64,000 nucleotides of DNA from Dimorphilus gyrociliatus (GCA_904063045.1 CAJFCJ010000007.1:2735404-2799403); one strand, 5' to 3'; positions 10,962-24,014 are shown, counted from the first letter of the stretch. Notes: generated by a model from the letters alone, not told the origin. A program made the numbers and translations.

Positions 10962-11441
10962 CTTCCCTGTGAAAAATATATTAAGTCGAATTTAAAATCC
11001 ATAGGATTAATATTGCCGCCTTTATCGAATATCGACAACAATCGATGTCAATATGGCCGATGAAATAAGGCTTTACGATAACCGTTGGTAATGGCAGCTT
11101 AGGGCTTTTTTTAAACGGTTAATCGCAAAAAAGTTTAATGTATAGTATACAACTAAGAAATTATCGATACGATTTTCGGCAATAGATATTAATGTATCGG
11201 AGATCGGATCGATTTTTTAAACACGTAAAATCGTCTCACCTTCCAGCAGTGATGATCAATTATCAAGTATTACTACGCCAGACATAACTTTATTTTCTTC
11301 TCTTATTAAACTATAAAATAATATTTCAAATTTTATTCCAATTATCCCTGAATTTAATAAAATTTCTCTTTTATCCTTCATCACCAGTCGCGTTTTATCA
11401 GGAACTATTTTATTTTGTAGCGATTTTAATTTTTTTTTCTG

Positions 11442-11454
11442 GCAGCGCCATCTA
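11442..11454 (-). promoter_or_regulatory. CTCF-like core upstream of the ZBED-like gene
   Basis: Minus strand TAGATGGCGCTGC, a strong match to the CTCF core, lying between the POLR2A 3' end and the candidate ZBED first exon. Confidence 0.45.
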
Positions 11455-11673
11455 TATGTCGAAAGTGCTAAAGCAAAATTATACGACCAAACTTTTTTAG
11501 TAACGATTATGATAAAATAAGAAATTCACGGCAAATCCTCAAATTGGATTCAGTATATTATCCAATGAAACTAACATATAAATGTCTTACAACACTAATT
11601 ATTAATTTAAACTTAATAATCAAAAAGCTAAAATAAAAGAGATGTAGTCAACTCTGTTTAGTATATATAAATG

Positions 11674-11708
11674 TATATATATATATATATATATAGATAT
11701 ACATATAC

Positions 11709-11750
<42 letters not shown>
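11674..11750. repeat. Interrupted (TA)n microsatellite
   Basis: Direct read; it lies just downstream of the POLR2A stop codon. Confidence 0.95.
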
Positions 11751-11753
<3 letters not shown>

Positions 11754-11817
11754 TATGTCTGAATAAACGTTCAAATGGTACATTTAATTCCGGAATTCCT
11801 GTCCATAAATTGAATGT

Positions 11818-14800
11818 TTAGTCCTTATGAGAAGGACTATAGCTGGGTGAAGATGGTGAATAACTTGGAGAAGTTGGGCTGTAGTTAGGAGAGCTCGGAC
11901 TGTAACTGGGAGATGTTGGACTATAACTTGGGGACGTGGGGCTATAGCTTGGTGACGTTGGACTATAGCTGGGAGAAGTCGGACTATAACTTGGCGAAGT
12001 CGGACTGTAGCTTGGAGATGTTGGGCTATAGTTTGGTGAACTTGGGCTATAACTTGGCGACGTTGGGCTATAACTTGGCGATGTTGGGCTATAGCTGGGA
12101 GACGTCGGACTATAGCTCGGTGACGTTGGGCTATAACTTGGCGATGTTGGACTATAACTTGGCGATGTTGGGCTATAGCTCGGAGACGTTGGACTATAGC
12201 TCGGAGAAGTTGGACTGTAACTTGGCGACGTTGGGCTATAGCTTGGTGAAGTAGGGCTATAGCTTGGAGATGTCGGGCTATAGCTTGGAGATGTTGGACT
12301 GTAGCTCGGAGAAGTTGGACTATAACTTGGTGACGTTGGGCTATAGCTCGGAGATGTAGGGCTATAGCTTGGAGACGTTGGGCTATAGCTTGGTGAAGTT
12401 GGACTATAGCTTGGTGAGGTTGGGCTATAGCTTGGTGATGAAGGGCTATAGCTTGGAGATGTTGGACTATAGCTGGGAGATGTTGGGCTATAGCTAGGCG
12501 ACGTTGGACTATACCCAGGACTTTGAGGTGTTCTTGGAGAAGATGGCATATAAGCTGGACTTGCTGGGCTGTAGCTTGGACTCTGATCGGGTACATACAA
12601 TGGGCTTGCTGGCGAATGTGGCGATCCAGGATTTGGTGACCAAGCTGGTGAGAAACCGGGTGAAAAACCACTATCAGAAGGAGAGAAAGCGGCAGCTCCT
12701 GGAGTCATGCCAGTTCCAGATGGAGACCAAACAGCATTATAGGCTGGTGAAGTTTCCATACTCCATCTAGCTGCTGGTGTTCCAATATTTGTTGGGCTTG
12801 CAGCGGAATCGAAAAATAACCCTCCAGCAGGTCCCATCATACCACCTGCCATTGGAATTTCCATACCATGTTTACACTTTTCAGGATCCAGAAGCAAGTC
12901 GAAAGCACCTGTTCCAAGTTTTCCTAACTGACCTAACATAATGTTCTCTGACACACCCTTCATCGGGTCAACTTCGGCATGAGCTGCAGCTTCCATCAAG
13001 ATATCAACCTTTAAGGGTTAACATAAATTAAAATTATTAATTTGAAAATTTTGAAAATAAAGTGCTTACGGTTTCTTCAAAGGAGCAACGAGCTAAAGCT
13101 CCAGTCTCTTGTCTATTGATTCCATGTCTTGTAATGGCCATTAAATGTCCCTTGGCAGTCATAATATCACAAAGTAGGGACAAGTGTCTATAATTTACAT
13201 AAGAACCGTCAAACGAAATAACATCGTGCAATTCTTTTTCGATAGCTTTCCTCACAGCCTCGATTCCAAGAGCAGAAAATATTTCCACGATATCGTTAGA
13301 AGTTGTTTTTCTTGGATCAACATCTTTCTCACTTAGAACTTTCATAAGTGCTGTTCCATCTGTTTCTAAAATCCATTCAGCAATAGCCTTAAATTCACCT
13401 TCAGGTGTGATAATGATTTTCTTTTTATCATCAGTTGAGGGCTGATGCATATAAACTTTACTAATTTGCTCTATGCCTTGCAGTGTCATATCCGTCAACA
13501 TATTGGCTTCTATACACCTCAAAAACATATCATCAGTCATCTTATCGATTTGCTCGTCTTCTTGCTTTCCAGCATCGGAATTCATAATTCGAATTCTTAA
13601 AACTAGCTTTTCACTATTATCATCATTAAAGATGCAGTTTAAATCGTCTCCAAAGCCGGCAGTAATTTTTTCACTAATCTGCTCCATAGTTAGCTTTTTA
13701 TCTGTCATACGCTTCAAATCAAGCTCGATCCTAAGGAGCCATGGCGAAATACGGTTAGGATCAAAATCAGGCATTTCATAGTAAATGTTAACCCAATCCT
13801 GATCTTCAGGAATTACTGTGTTATGCTGAGGCCTAGGATCGTAGTAGATAGCTGTATTAGCAGTCACCTTTCTCAGAGTACAATGTTCCAGTCTGCAGAG
13901 AATATCTTTTGCTTTTTCACAATCGTGTGTTGCTTTGCCCAAGAGGTACACAGTTAACGATGGCGTCTTAGGCTTTTTAGAAATGTTTATTATTTCTTTC
14001 AAACGTGGAACACCAAGCGTTACGTTTTTGGCAGATACACCAGCATAATGGAAAGTATTGAGTGTCATTTGAGTGGCGGGTTCTCCTAAAGATTGCGCAG
14101 CAAGAGCCCCAACCATTTCTCCAGGTTGAACTTGAGCTTGCTGAAATCTAGCTTCGATTTCTCCTATTAGCCAATCAAATGCGTCATCATTCAATCTATA
14201 CTCTTCAATAACTTTCCGAGAGCAAAGTGTCGATCTAACAAGAACATTCATTAAAATCGTGGCATTTTCATTAGCTTGTTTGGAAATTCGATCTTCTCCT
14301 TTAACGATGGTAAATTTTGAACTCAAACTCTTAACTTGTTCAATAATTCGAAGAGGGTGTAAGCTTGACGGCTTTCGTAAATTTACACGAAAGATTTTTT
14401 GCGCATTGCTAATCATTCTTTCTAAATTACAAGGTAAGACCACTTTTGATTCTCCATTTGGGAAAATAGTACTGCGAATAAGTTCTCGATCTTCGCATAG
14501 TTGTCTCCATTCATTTTCCAATTCTGATAAGGCATGAGCATCGCTCAAAAGATCTTTAATAACATCTTCGTGAAGCCATTTTCTTAAGGCTCTCTCGTTC
14601 GTTGGGTCAAGCTTGAAGCGTTTTTCAAAAGTCAGGTCAGAAGGTTTGATGGTTGGAAGAGTTTGAAATTCAACCAATTCTCCCGCTAAACCATCTTCAC
14701 CATACCTCAACTGAATAACCTGCTCCATTTGATTTCTTACTGTACTATCATATTTGATCATTACACTCTCCATACTCTTTATGAGCCTTCTCTGAATATA

Positions 14801-17395
14801 GCCTGTCTCTGCTGTTTTGACTGCAGTATCGATCAGACCTTCTCGACCACCCATAGCGTGAAAGTAAAATTCAGATGGCGTTAATCCGGCCAGGTAAGAG
14901 TTTTCCACGAAACCACGAGATTCTGAACCATAATCATCTTTTACAAAATGTGGTAAAGTTCTATGCCGAAATCCGAATGGAATACGCTTTCCCTCAACGT
15001 TTTGTTGTCCCACACAAGCAATGACCTGAGAGATATTAATTTTGGAACCTTTTGATCCAGCTACTACCATAGATTTGAAATTATTAAACTCGGATAGGGA
15101 TTTTTGGGCACTGGAACCGGTTTTATCTCGAGCATCGTTTAGAATTGAGTTTACTTGATTTTCAAATGTTTGTCTGAGTGTATTTCCTGGAGTTGGTATC
15201 AAATCATCGTTGTGAGCTTTTTCTATGACTTCAATGACGTCAAGCTTAGCCTTTTTAATCGTATTTTGTATATCAGCATATGTTTGAGGATCGGCAATGG
15301 TATCACCTATACCAATACTATGTCCTTCTATAAGCAGCCAATTATTGACAACTGTTTGAATATGTCCGTAGAAAAGACCGGCCTGTTCAAAACCTTGTTC
15401 AACGAACACAACGTGCATAATTGATCCAGAAGAAGTACCCAAAGAACGTTTGCATAAAATACCAGAAATTAGTTGACCATCCAACACCAAAACCTTTGTA
15501 TCTCCAGGTGATATCCACTTGTAGGGCCCCGAATCTTCTTCATCCGGATGTGCTGAATGAGTTCTAATACAGTTGACCCGACCGGGTATAATAAGTGAAA
15601 AAAGTTGCTTTCCCGTCCACAAAGGCTTAGGTTTCAAAATGGTTGGTTGAGGCATTTTTCCGTCCCAAATGGGTAAAAACATAAGCAAATTCATCATTTC
15701 AGCCCTATCCAAAAAAACATCGCGTTTTGTCATTTTTCGAACAGCAGTTAAAGTGTCCTGTACAATACCCATGACTGGTCTGTTAGCTTGTGGAGTTACA
15801 ATCATTCTTGGAACTGAAGCTAGCGTTTCAATTTCAGCTCGTGTTTCAAGACTTTGAGCAAGATGTAAGTTCATTTCATCACCATCAAAATCAGCGTTAT
15901 AAGGCGTTGTTACACTCAAGTTTAATCTAAACGTTGACCAAGGCAGAATTTTAGCTTTATGACACATCATAGACATTTTATGCAAGGTCGGTTGTCGATT
16001 GAAAATGATGAGATCATTATCTTGCATATGTCTTTCAACCTTATACCCAACCTGCAAATGTAAATCACTAGCTTTCGGATGATACCGTAAATCAATTCTT
16101 TCACCATTATCTCTAATGATATACTTGGCTCCTGGATATTGATTAGCCCCTCTTCTGACCAACTCTGTCAATCGATTCATATTGAAGGGAGTAACAATTT
16201 CAGGATAAGTTAAATTTTGGGCAATCGACCGAGGAACTCCAACCTGATCGATGCGAAGATTGGGATCTGGTGTGATAACTGTTCTGGCAGAAAAATCACA
16301 CCTTTTTCCCATCAAGTTTCCTCGAATTCTTCCTTCTTTTCCTTTTAGTCTCTGCTTTACAGATTTTAAAGGTCTACCTGACTTCTGAATAGCTCTAGGC
16401 AAACCAGGCATTTCGTTATCAACCATTGTGGCAACATGAAACTGTAACATTTTCACATCCTCGGCTAGAATATGAGGTGCTGCTCCATTTTTTTCATTTC
16501 TATCAAGTTGATTATTTGATTTAATAATATCAGCTAATTTGTGAGTTAAATCGTCTTGATTTCTTGCGGAGCCATACATCACAACGGCAGGTCTTACAGC
16601 TAGTGGTGGAACTGGAAGAACAGTTACAATCATCCAATCGGGCCTTGCATATACTGGATCCATTCCAATAGCGATTATGGCTTCATCAGAAATACGTTTG
16701 AATATTTCGTACACTCTTTCAGGTGTGAGTTGTATTTTGCGTTCTTGATTCTCTTCGCTAGGATGCTTCCATTCGGCCGTTAACTCCAAGCCCTGTCGTC
16801 TTATTGTAGGCTGATTTCGGCCACAGCCTTTATGCACAGGCTTATCCAAATTCATATCATCTTCCTCTTTATTATCTGTTGTATCACTTTCTTCACATAC
16901 ATGCTTTCCTTTGCAAAGATCATAAACATATCCCAATCTTCTTCTTGGATTCCCTCTTGTCTTTGAGATGGCATCTTTAATCTTCACGTGTTCTGGATCT
17001 ATAAGTAGGCGAGAACAGTAGTAGCAAACGCAGCTAAGAATCTTTTTAGTTTTCGCTAAAAACCCAACATGAAATACGGGCTTAGCCAAGTTAATATGAC
17101 CAAAATGTCCAGGGCATTCTGTCATGTTGCCGGCACATGTTTGACACCTAGAACTGCGGTCAATAACCCCTTGTCTTGGGTCCATTAATCCGCCCAATTT
17201 CGGTTTTCCACCCTCTTGCGTTTCTGGATACTTTATACCCCCTTCAGTTACTGACATTCGGCGCTAAAACAAAAATAATGAGTAAAACCTAAGAGTTGCG
17301 TTTTGTATACGTACTATTTCATCTGGACTTAAAATACCGAATTGCACGCGGCCAACCTCTTTCAGAGGCGCCCGTGAGTCTGAAGTTAGCAACAT
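11818..17395 (-). CDS. POLR2A: RNA polymerase II largest subunit RPB1, 1821 aa
   Basis: Exons 17395-17315, 17263-13070, 13008-11818 (5466 nt). Catalytic NADFDGD motif, zinc sites (RCQTC, CYYC), bridge helix/trigger loop ([13 protein letters not shown]) and the YSPTSPS CTD. Confidence 0.99.
11821..12513 (-). repeat. Coding 21-nt tandem repeat (Pol II CTD): 32 full heptads plus terminal YSPSHKD
   Basis: First Tyr codon starts at 12513 and last at 11841; the difference of 672 nt is 32 x 21. Confidence 0.97.
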
Positions 17396-17850
17396 CTTTA
17401 TTTCCTATCCAAACTTTCTTTCTGAAAAAGAAAAAAATAAATGAGACCTTCTTGATTTCAAATGGTAAGTGAGCGAAAAATGAGGAAACTTTTGAAGTTT
17501 ATTTCAGTACTTTATTATTATATTTTATCACGATAAATTTGATGCGTTCAGTACGGTGCGCCACAACCAATTGGCTATTACGATGTTGGCTCAAGATTAT
17601 AAACTATTTTAGAATGATTTCGCAAGACATAAATACCCGGATGATCTATAGTTTGACAACGATATTTACTTCACATGGTTTTATCTGGGTGATAAAATGC
17701 ATCTTACTTCGAATATTGCGGTAATTAATATTTTTTTATGTATATGACGATATGGTTCATTACTTATAAATGTATTTTAAAACAAGCTCTTACTATGTCT
17801 AGAGATATGTTCGAAATAGCTCTGGCTTCTCTTAAGCGTCGCTCACACGG

Positions 17851-17874
17851 GCGCCATTTTGACGTTTCGCGAAA
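17851..17874. promoter_or_regulatory. Core of bidirectional POLR2A/TAF6 promoter (YY1-like and E2F-like motifs)
   Basis: A CpG-rich patch between the divergent ATGs contains GCGCCATTTTG (YY1-like) and the palindrome TTTCGCGAAA (E2F-like). Confidence 0.55.
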
Positions 17875-18308
17875 TCCGGCAAAAGAAAAATTATTAAGTT
17901 ATTTTAGTAAAATTTTAAATATCTTGTTTTTAATATTATAGATAATTTGTATTAAAAAATTATGAAGGCGTAAGTTAGTAAAATTTTACGAAATAATACT
18001 AAAATTGGAGACCTCTCATTTATCTGTGATTATCTTTCTTTACATATTTTGTGCCTTATACTGAATAATAAAGAGTCAAATTTGGGTATTTCTGTTCTAA
18101 GCTATATTGAAATTTAGTATCGATGATGAAAACTATTGAAAATGGTTTCAGTAAATTAGAAATTAAGCAATTTCCTAATCGTTTACAGTTAGCGGCCATT
18201 TTGATATTCAACACAAGAATTGTGTGTGATTCTACATAGTAGTGGTGTACTGTAGATTCATTTACAAGAAAAGAACTGTCGTTCTTTTTAACATTAGTAT
18301 AGCGAATA

Positions 18309-20430
18309 ATGGATAAAATACAACGACATTTGAAAGAAAAAAAAGAAGGAAAAATTACTCCCAACGTTTCGGCGGAATGCGTAAGAGTAACAGGCGAATC
18401 CAATGGTATAACCGCGATCACCGACGACGCCGCTAATGTTCTCGCTGAAGACGTCACATTTAGGTTGAAACAACTAATTCAGGAAGCAGAGAAATTTGCC
18501 AGACACAGCAAACGACAAAAGATTGATACTTCTGATTTCACCGAAGCTCTCATCAATTTTAACGTTGAGGTGTGTTTCATTTGAAATCCCAGGATCCCAG
18601 AATACTATCTTTTGATTTTTCAGCCCTTATATGGCTTCCATAGTCAAGATTTTATCCCATTTCGTTTTGCTTCTGGAGGAGGACGTGAATTACACTTCGT
18701 TGAAGAAAAAGAGGTTGAGTTATCCGAAATTACCTCGCAAAATATCTCAGGAAAAACACCTCTAGATGTTTGTGTGAAAGGTATTAATCTTCTAATTCAA
18801 GAAGGGACAAATACTCAACTATTTTTGTTTTTATATTTAGCTCACTGGTTGGCCATAGAAGGTGTTCAGCCGTCGATTCCAGAGAATCCTCCACCTGTGG
18901 ATAAAGAAACTCAAAAGCAGGAAAGCGTTGACCCATCAACAAACAATAAACAAACCATGGTGGATAAACCACCAGCAGATGTAACTAAAATGAGAAGACG
19001 TGCCTTGAGAGTAACAGAAACCGTTCACATGAAAGAATGTGTACAACACGAACTATCTGTTGTACGTATACTCAAATATTTATTGCTATCAACGATTAAC
19101 TGGACATATTTTTTTTACAGGAACAACAACTTTATTATAAGGAAATTACAGAAGCTTGTGTAGGATCCGACGAAAATCGAAGAACAGAGGCTCTAAATAG
19201 TTTATCTGTTGACACTGGTTTACATCAAATGTTGCCAAGATTCTGTAATTTCATTTCCGAGGGTGTAAGTTTGCTAATAAATTTAGAAAGCTATAAATGT
19301 GTATTATTTTAAATAATTATTTCAGGTCAAAGTAAACGTATGTCAAAAAAATTTAGCCTTGTTAATTTACCTTATGCGAATGGTCAAATCTTTGTTAGAA
19401 AATCCAACTTTATATTTGCAAAACTATGTAAGTACATTATTAACTTGAAGTTTCACTCTTCTCTACATAGATGATTACTTTAAGCTTCATCAAATTGTTC
19501 CTGCGGTTGCTACTTGCATAGTCAGTAAACAATTATGTTTGCGGCCTGATGTTGATAATCATTGGGCCTTGAGAGATTTTGCATCAAGGCTTATGGGCAC
19601 ATTATGCAAGTAAGTGATATTTCATTTGTAGGTTATGGACAATGTAACATGTTGAATTTTTTCAGACAATTTAGTACTAATACAAACGGAATTCAAACTC
19701 GCGTCACCCGTTTGCTTACATCCGCTCTATTAGATAAAACCACACCGCTTGCGTCTCATTATGGAGCTCTTACAGCTCTTGGGGAGCTTGGACCAGAAGT
19801 AGTGGAGACCTTTGTAATACCCTTGGTTCACGATGAAGGACAAAGAGTTAAATCTGTTCTCGACAATTCAGTTACAATGGCAAATGCATTTAATACTACC
19901 GAGAAAAATTCAGCTGATAGGGTCAAAACTGCTATTTTAGTATGTATAGGAAATAACCTATTTTTTATTAACTATCTAAATTTTAAAATTTCTTCAGAAA
20001 ATTATTCCTCCTATTCTAAAGAATATTAGACCAGAGACTGACAAACAGGAGGACTACGTAAATGAATATGGATACTATGGCTCAATTTTATTCAATGCTG
20101 TCACCAAACTACGCGAAACACCAGTAACAACAGCATCTAGTTCTATTGGCATAATAAAAACTACGACCTCATCAGTTTCCAACTGTGTAAGTTAACTATC
20201 GAATAAATGTGTTAACTGCTAAAATGTGCTAACATTAATAAAATTTTCAGAAAAATCAAGTTCCATTCCAAATTCAAACAGTGTCGCAAACCAGACCAAA
20301 TCAGAAACTCTACATTGTAGGCGGTTCAGGTTCAAGTACACCGTCCACCCCGACGACTCCAAATGTCAGAGGACCAAATCCAAATATGCAAAAGCTGATT
20401 GTGGTGACAACCCCTAGTTCTTTACCATAA
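18309..20430 (+). CDS. TAF6: TFIID subunit 6, 550 aa, 9 exons
   Basis: Exons 18309-18569, 18624-18780, 18841-19061, 19121-19264, 19326-19427, 19485-19609, 19666-19939, 19998-20186, 20251-20430 (1653 nt). H4-like histone fold, [25 protein letters not shown] and HEAT region [13 protein letters not shown]. Confidence 0.96.
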
Positions 20431-20686
20431 ACCAAGCCCATAAAAATTTTATACTTTTGTAGAACTTTTTTAGAAGTCAACTTTGTACAATAAAATTTAA
20501 TTTTCAGAGAAAAATTTCATCAATATCGTTATGGTAATTTAATCGCAAAGTAATATCTGGTAGTGTCCTTTAAGTGATGCTAGCTTTCTCATTGTAAATA
20601 CTGTATATACTGTATATTTATTGATCAATACTAAAAAGTTTTAAAAAAAGACAAACTATGAGAAAATAAAGGATTTTAAGTTAAAA

Positions 20687-23600
20687 CTAAAGTGTTTGTA
20701 TAATCATCTTCTTCTTTGCATCGTATCTGAAACGGTGTTCATGGAAAAGATCACTGTTGTAGAAATTGGACAAGCTGTGAATGTTGATTTGCTTGGACTG
20801 AAATTTTTTAAATATAGATTAGAATTTTCACTGATGATAATAATTCTTACTTTGTCAGCAAAATCCTTTTCGGAGACTTCTATAACATCTTGATTGCCTT
20901 CTCCATAACGATTTCTTTGAAATACCAATTGATCTTGAGCCAATTGTTTGAGTATGAACAGGAGAAGCTCGTTATTGTCACGTTTGAATGACAAGTATCT
21001 TGAGAATGTCTTTCTCATGCCTTTCATTATGCTGAACTTTTGAGTAGATATAAAACTTTCAAGCATAATACGAATAGCCATGTTAACATCATCTTCGTTA
21101 ACATATTCACGTAAATGCATTCTGGCATTAGCTTCGGCTAACCTAATAACAGACTCAATGTGCCTTACGGTTATAGGTATACTACCAGTAGCCATAGATT
21201 CTCGTCTTAAGTCTGAGTACATTTTAGCTACTTTATCTTTATCCATTTGATTGAGTTTAGGATGAATCTTTTCTCTTGCATATATCAGATACTTTTTAAG
21301 AACTTCCTGAGGTATCTTTTCCACATCTGAGTTTGTTGGTAGCTCGACGGTTTCTTCATTTATTTCAGTATTTGGATGATGACGTACATGGCTCGTTATA
21401 ACAAATTGAGCAAGTCTTTCATCTTGAATTGCATCAACAGTATCCCTTACGACACAAAGAACGTCAAAACGCGAAAGAATAGGTTCGGTCAAGTCAACGT
21501 TTTCAGCAAAAGTTAATGAAGGATCGTATCGACCTCCAATCGGATTGGCAGCTGATATAACGCAGCAACGAGCTTGGAGTGATGTAACAATACCCGCTTT
21601 TGAAACTGAAATACTTTGCTGTTCCATAGCTTCATGTATAGATGTCCTATCAGCGTCATTCATTTTATCAAACTCGTCAATTAGACATATTCCTTTATCT
21701 GCTAATACCAAAGCACCAGCTTCCAGAGTCCACTCTTTTGAAACAGGATTTCGTTGAACGTACGCTGTCAAACCTACAGCCGAAGCTCCCTGACCGGTAG
21801 TAAATACTACTCTTGGAGCAGTCTTTTCCACATATTTCAAAAACTGAGACTTGGCAGTACCCGGGTCCCCACACAAAAGAATGTTAATATCTCCACGCAC
21901 CTTATGCTTTCCACCTGGATTCTTGGGCTCACCACCAAACATGGCCAAGGCCAACGCTCGCTTTATATCTTCATGACCATAGATTGAAGGAGCAATACTC
22001 GAGAATATCTGAAAATTACGTTGTATACCAATTACAGATAAAAAGATATAACTGTATCAGACTTACTCTTTCCGATATTCTCTCATCTTTTGAAAGTTTA
22101 ATTATCATTCTGACATCCTCTTCTGTCAGTGCTCCAATTGCCATTTTGTCGTCGTTCTTTACAATATTATTGGCTTGTAGAACGGTTGCAAAGATAGGAA
22201 AACCATTAGAAGTGTTCAACGAGCCACTATAGTTATTGCAGTAAATTCCAGTTAATTCCTGAAATGAAAAGTCTTTATATAAATGGATAAATTATCATCT
22301 TCGCTTTAAAGCTTACAATTTCGTCTCCGGGCTTGCAAGTATCAACTAAATCATCCAATAACACAGCATCCTTTGATCGAGGCAAACGACCTGCAGGAAC
22401 TTTTCCAGGGCTTTCTTGTACTGTAATTTTCTGATAGTTTTTATACAGCGTTTCTTCCATATTAATTTCAAAAGGGCCGCTACTCTGACATTCAGGACAC
22501 ACTCCTGGCTTTACTTCTTGTTCTTGCTTTTGATAGAAAGGACCAATAACATAGTTGCATTTAACGCAATCGTATTTGATAACGGAAAGTTGTGGTAAAA
22601 CTCCGGTACATGATGTTACTACACCAGTTGTTCTGATTAATTGATTCAAATGAACTTGCCTAAAAAAAGACAATTAAATATTTTTAATTAAAAATCTTCA
22701 ATGTCTCCATAGGCCTTACCTTAAAGTTCTCAATTCTTCTACCAATGGTAAATTAGATATTCTCACATGTATTTCATTGTGGATTTTCTTATAATTTGGA
22801 TACATGGCATTAGAGAATACAATGTCGGAGGCGGCTTGATCGAAAATTGTTAACATTTCAGCAGGAGCTTCAGGAAGGAAGTATGCAATAGCTTGTTCTT
22901 CATTTGCAATAATATTATAATCGACTTGCAAACTTTTCTTGTTAGCTGTTTTTAAGATAATCTTTGAATATTCTTAAGCTGAATATTTGACTTAGTCCTG
23001 TTACCTTCAACCATAGCCTTAATCTTCTCCTTAAAATAATTTTTCCCTTGTTGATTTAAGTAAGTTCTTAGTATATTTTTGAATCTAATAAATTGATCAT
23101 TCTATGAGTAAACGATAAAAGCTTAACTTAATAATATACCGATTCATTATTTCCTGTTTTGTTGCTTCCATCGTTACCCAAATGCGAACTGGATGACCTC
23201 GAGTATCTTCCAGATGGTCAATACTCTCATACTAAAGATTTCAATATAATTAGTTTTTAATAAATTATTAATATTAGTGACTAACCATTTCTTCATCTTC
23301 GTCTTGATCAGCTGCCCTCTCTGCAATTCGCCTTCTCCTGGATGGCCTAAAACGACATAATTGCTTTCTTAACATTTCAGTGTCGGACGCATTTTAGCTA
23401 CCTGTCATCGTCTTCGTCTTCATCATCATATAGTATATCATGACGAAGTCGTCCTCTACCTTCATCTCGATCTCTCTTTCGCATTTCTCTTTCTGCCGCC
23501 AGTCGATCACTTGGATCAAGCTGTGAAAACTCAGAGTCATCAAGAACTTCGTCATCATATTTATCTAGCTCTGGAATTGCTCGATAATCTCTGTTGATAA

Positions 23601-23992
23601 ATATTATAAGAGTTATAGTTTGTGTAGTTTTTTAAGTTTCTACCACCTTTCTAAATTATCATTGAACAACTCTTCTCCATCTTCTTCTTCTTCCAGATTT
23701 TCATCTCCAAGAATTTCATTTTCATCTTCAAATGGAGCATGACTTGCAGGGGATGAAACAGGATCAATATGAGGAGAATTCACTTCCTCATCATCAGTAA
23801 CAATTTCCGATGTTGGGCTAACGGGATTATGATCCTAAACGAAAATGGGGAAATTTTATGTTTATATGAAAATAAGATATTTTTAAATCGCTAAAAGTGA
23901 ATAAACTATGTTTACATATTTAAGTCAACTTTAATGTGAAATAATAATTCAATAAATCAATTTTATAACGCTAAAAATTCACTTACAGACAT
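20687..23992 (-). CDS. MCM2: DNA replication licensing factor MCM2, 881 aa, 11 exons
   Basis: Exons 23992-23987, 23834-23647, 23590-23402, 23346-23286, 23231-23140, 23084-23005, 22945-22720, 22659-22317, 22258-22067, 22008-20851, 20797-20687 (2646 nt). Acidic histone-binding N-terminus ([22 protein letters not shown]), C4 zinc finger, Walker [10 protein letters not shown], Walker B IDEFDKM and the SRFD arginine finger. Confidence 0.98.
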
Positions 23993-24014
23993 ATTCGTGG
24001 CCAACGCTAAAAAC

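Noticed and set aside
9080-11500. Active autonomous hAT transposon
   Set aside because: No terminal inverted repeats or 8-bp target duplication found by eye, and catalytic residues are lost. Treated as a domesticated gene.
11821-12513. 21-nt repeat array as CRISPR or satellite
   Set aside because: No spacers; it is in frame with RPB1 and encodes the CTD.
11784-12671. 295-aa alternative-frame ORF overlapping the CTD
   Set aside because: Tyr, Ser, Pro, Thr and Asn codons never have T in position 2, so this shifted frame cannot contain stops within the repeat. It is a compositional artefact.
17461-17472. Strong plus-strand donor ATG|GTAAGTGAG just upstream of the POLR2A ATG
   Set aside because: A single motif with no supporting exon. 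TAF6 has a closer candidate UTR donor at 17970.
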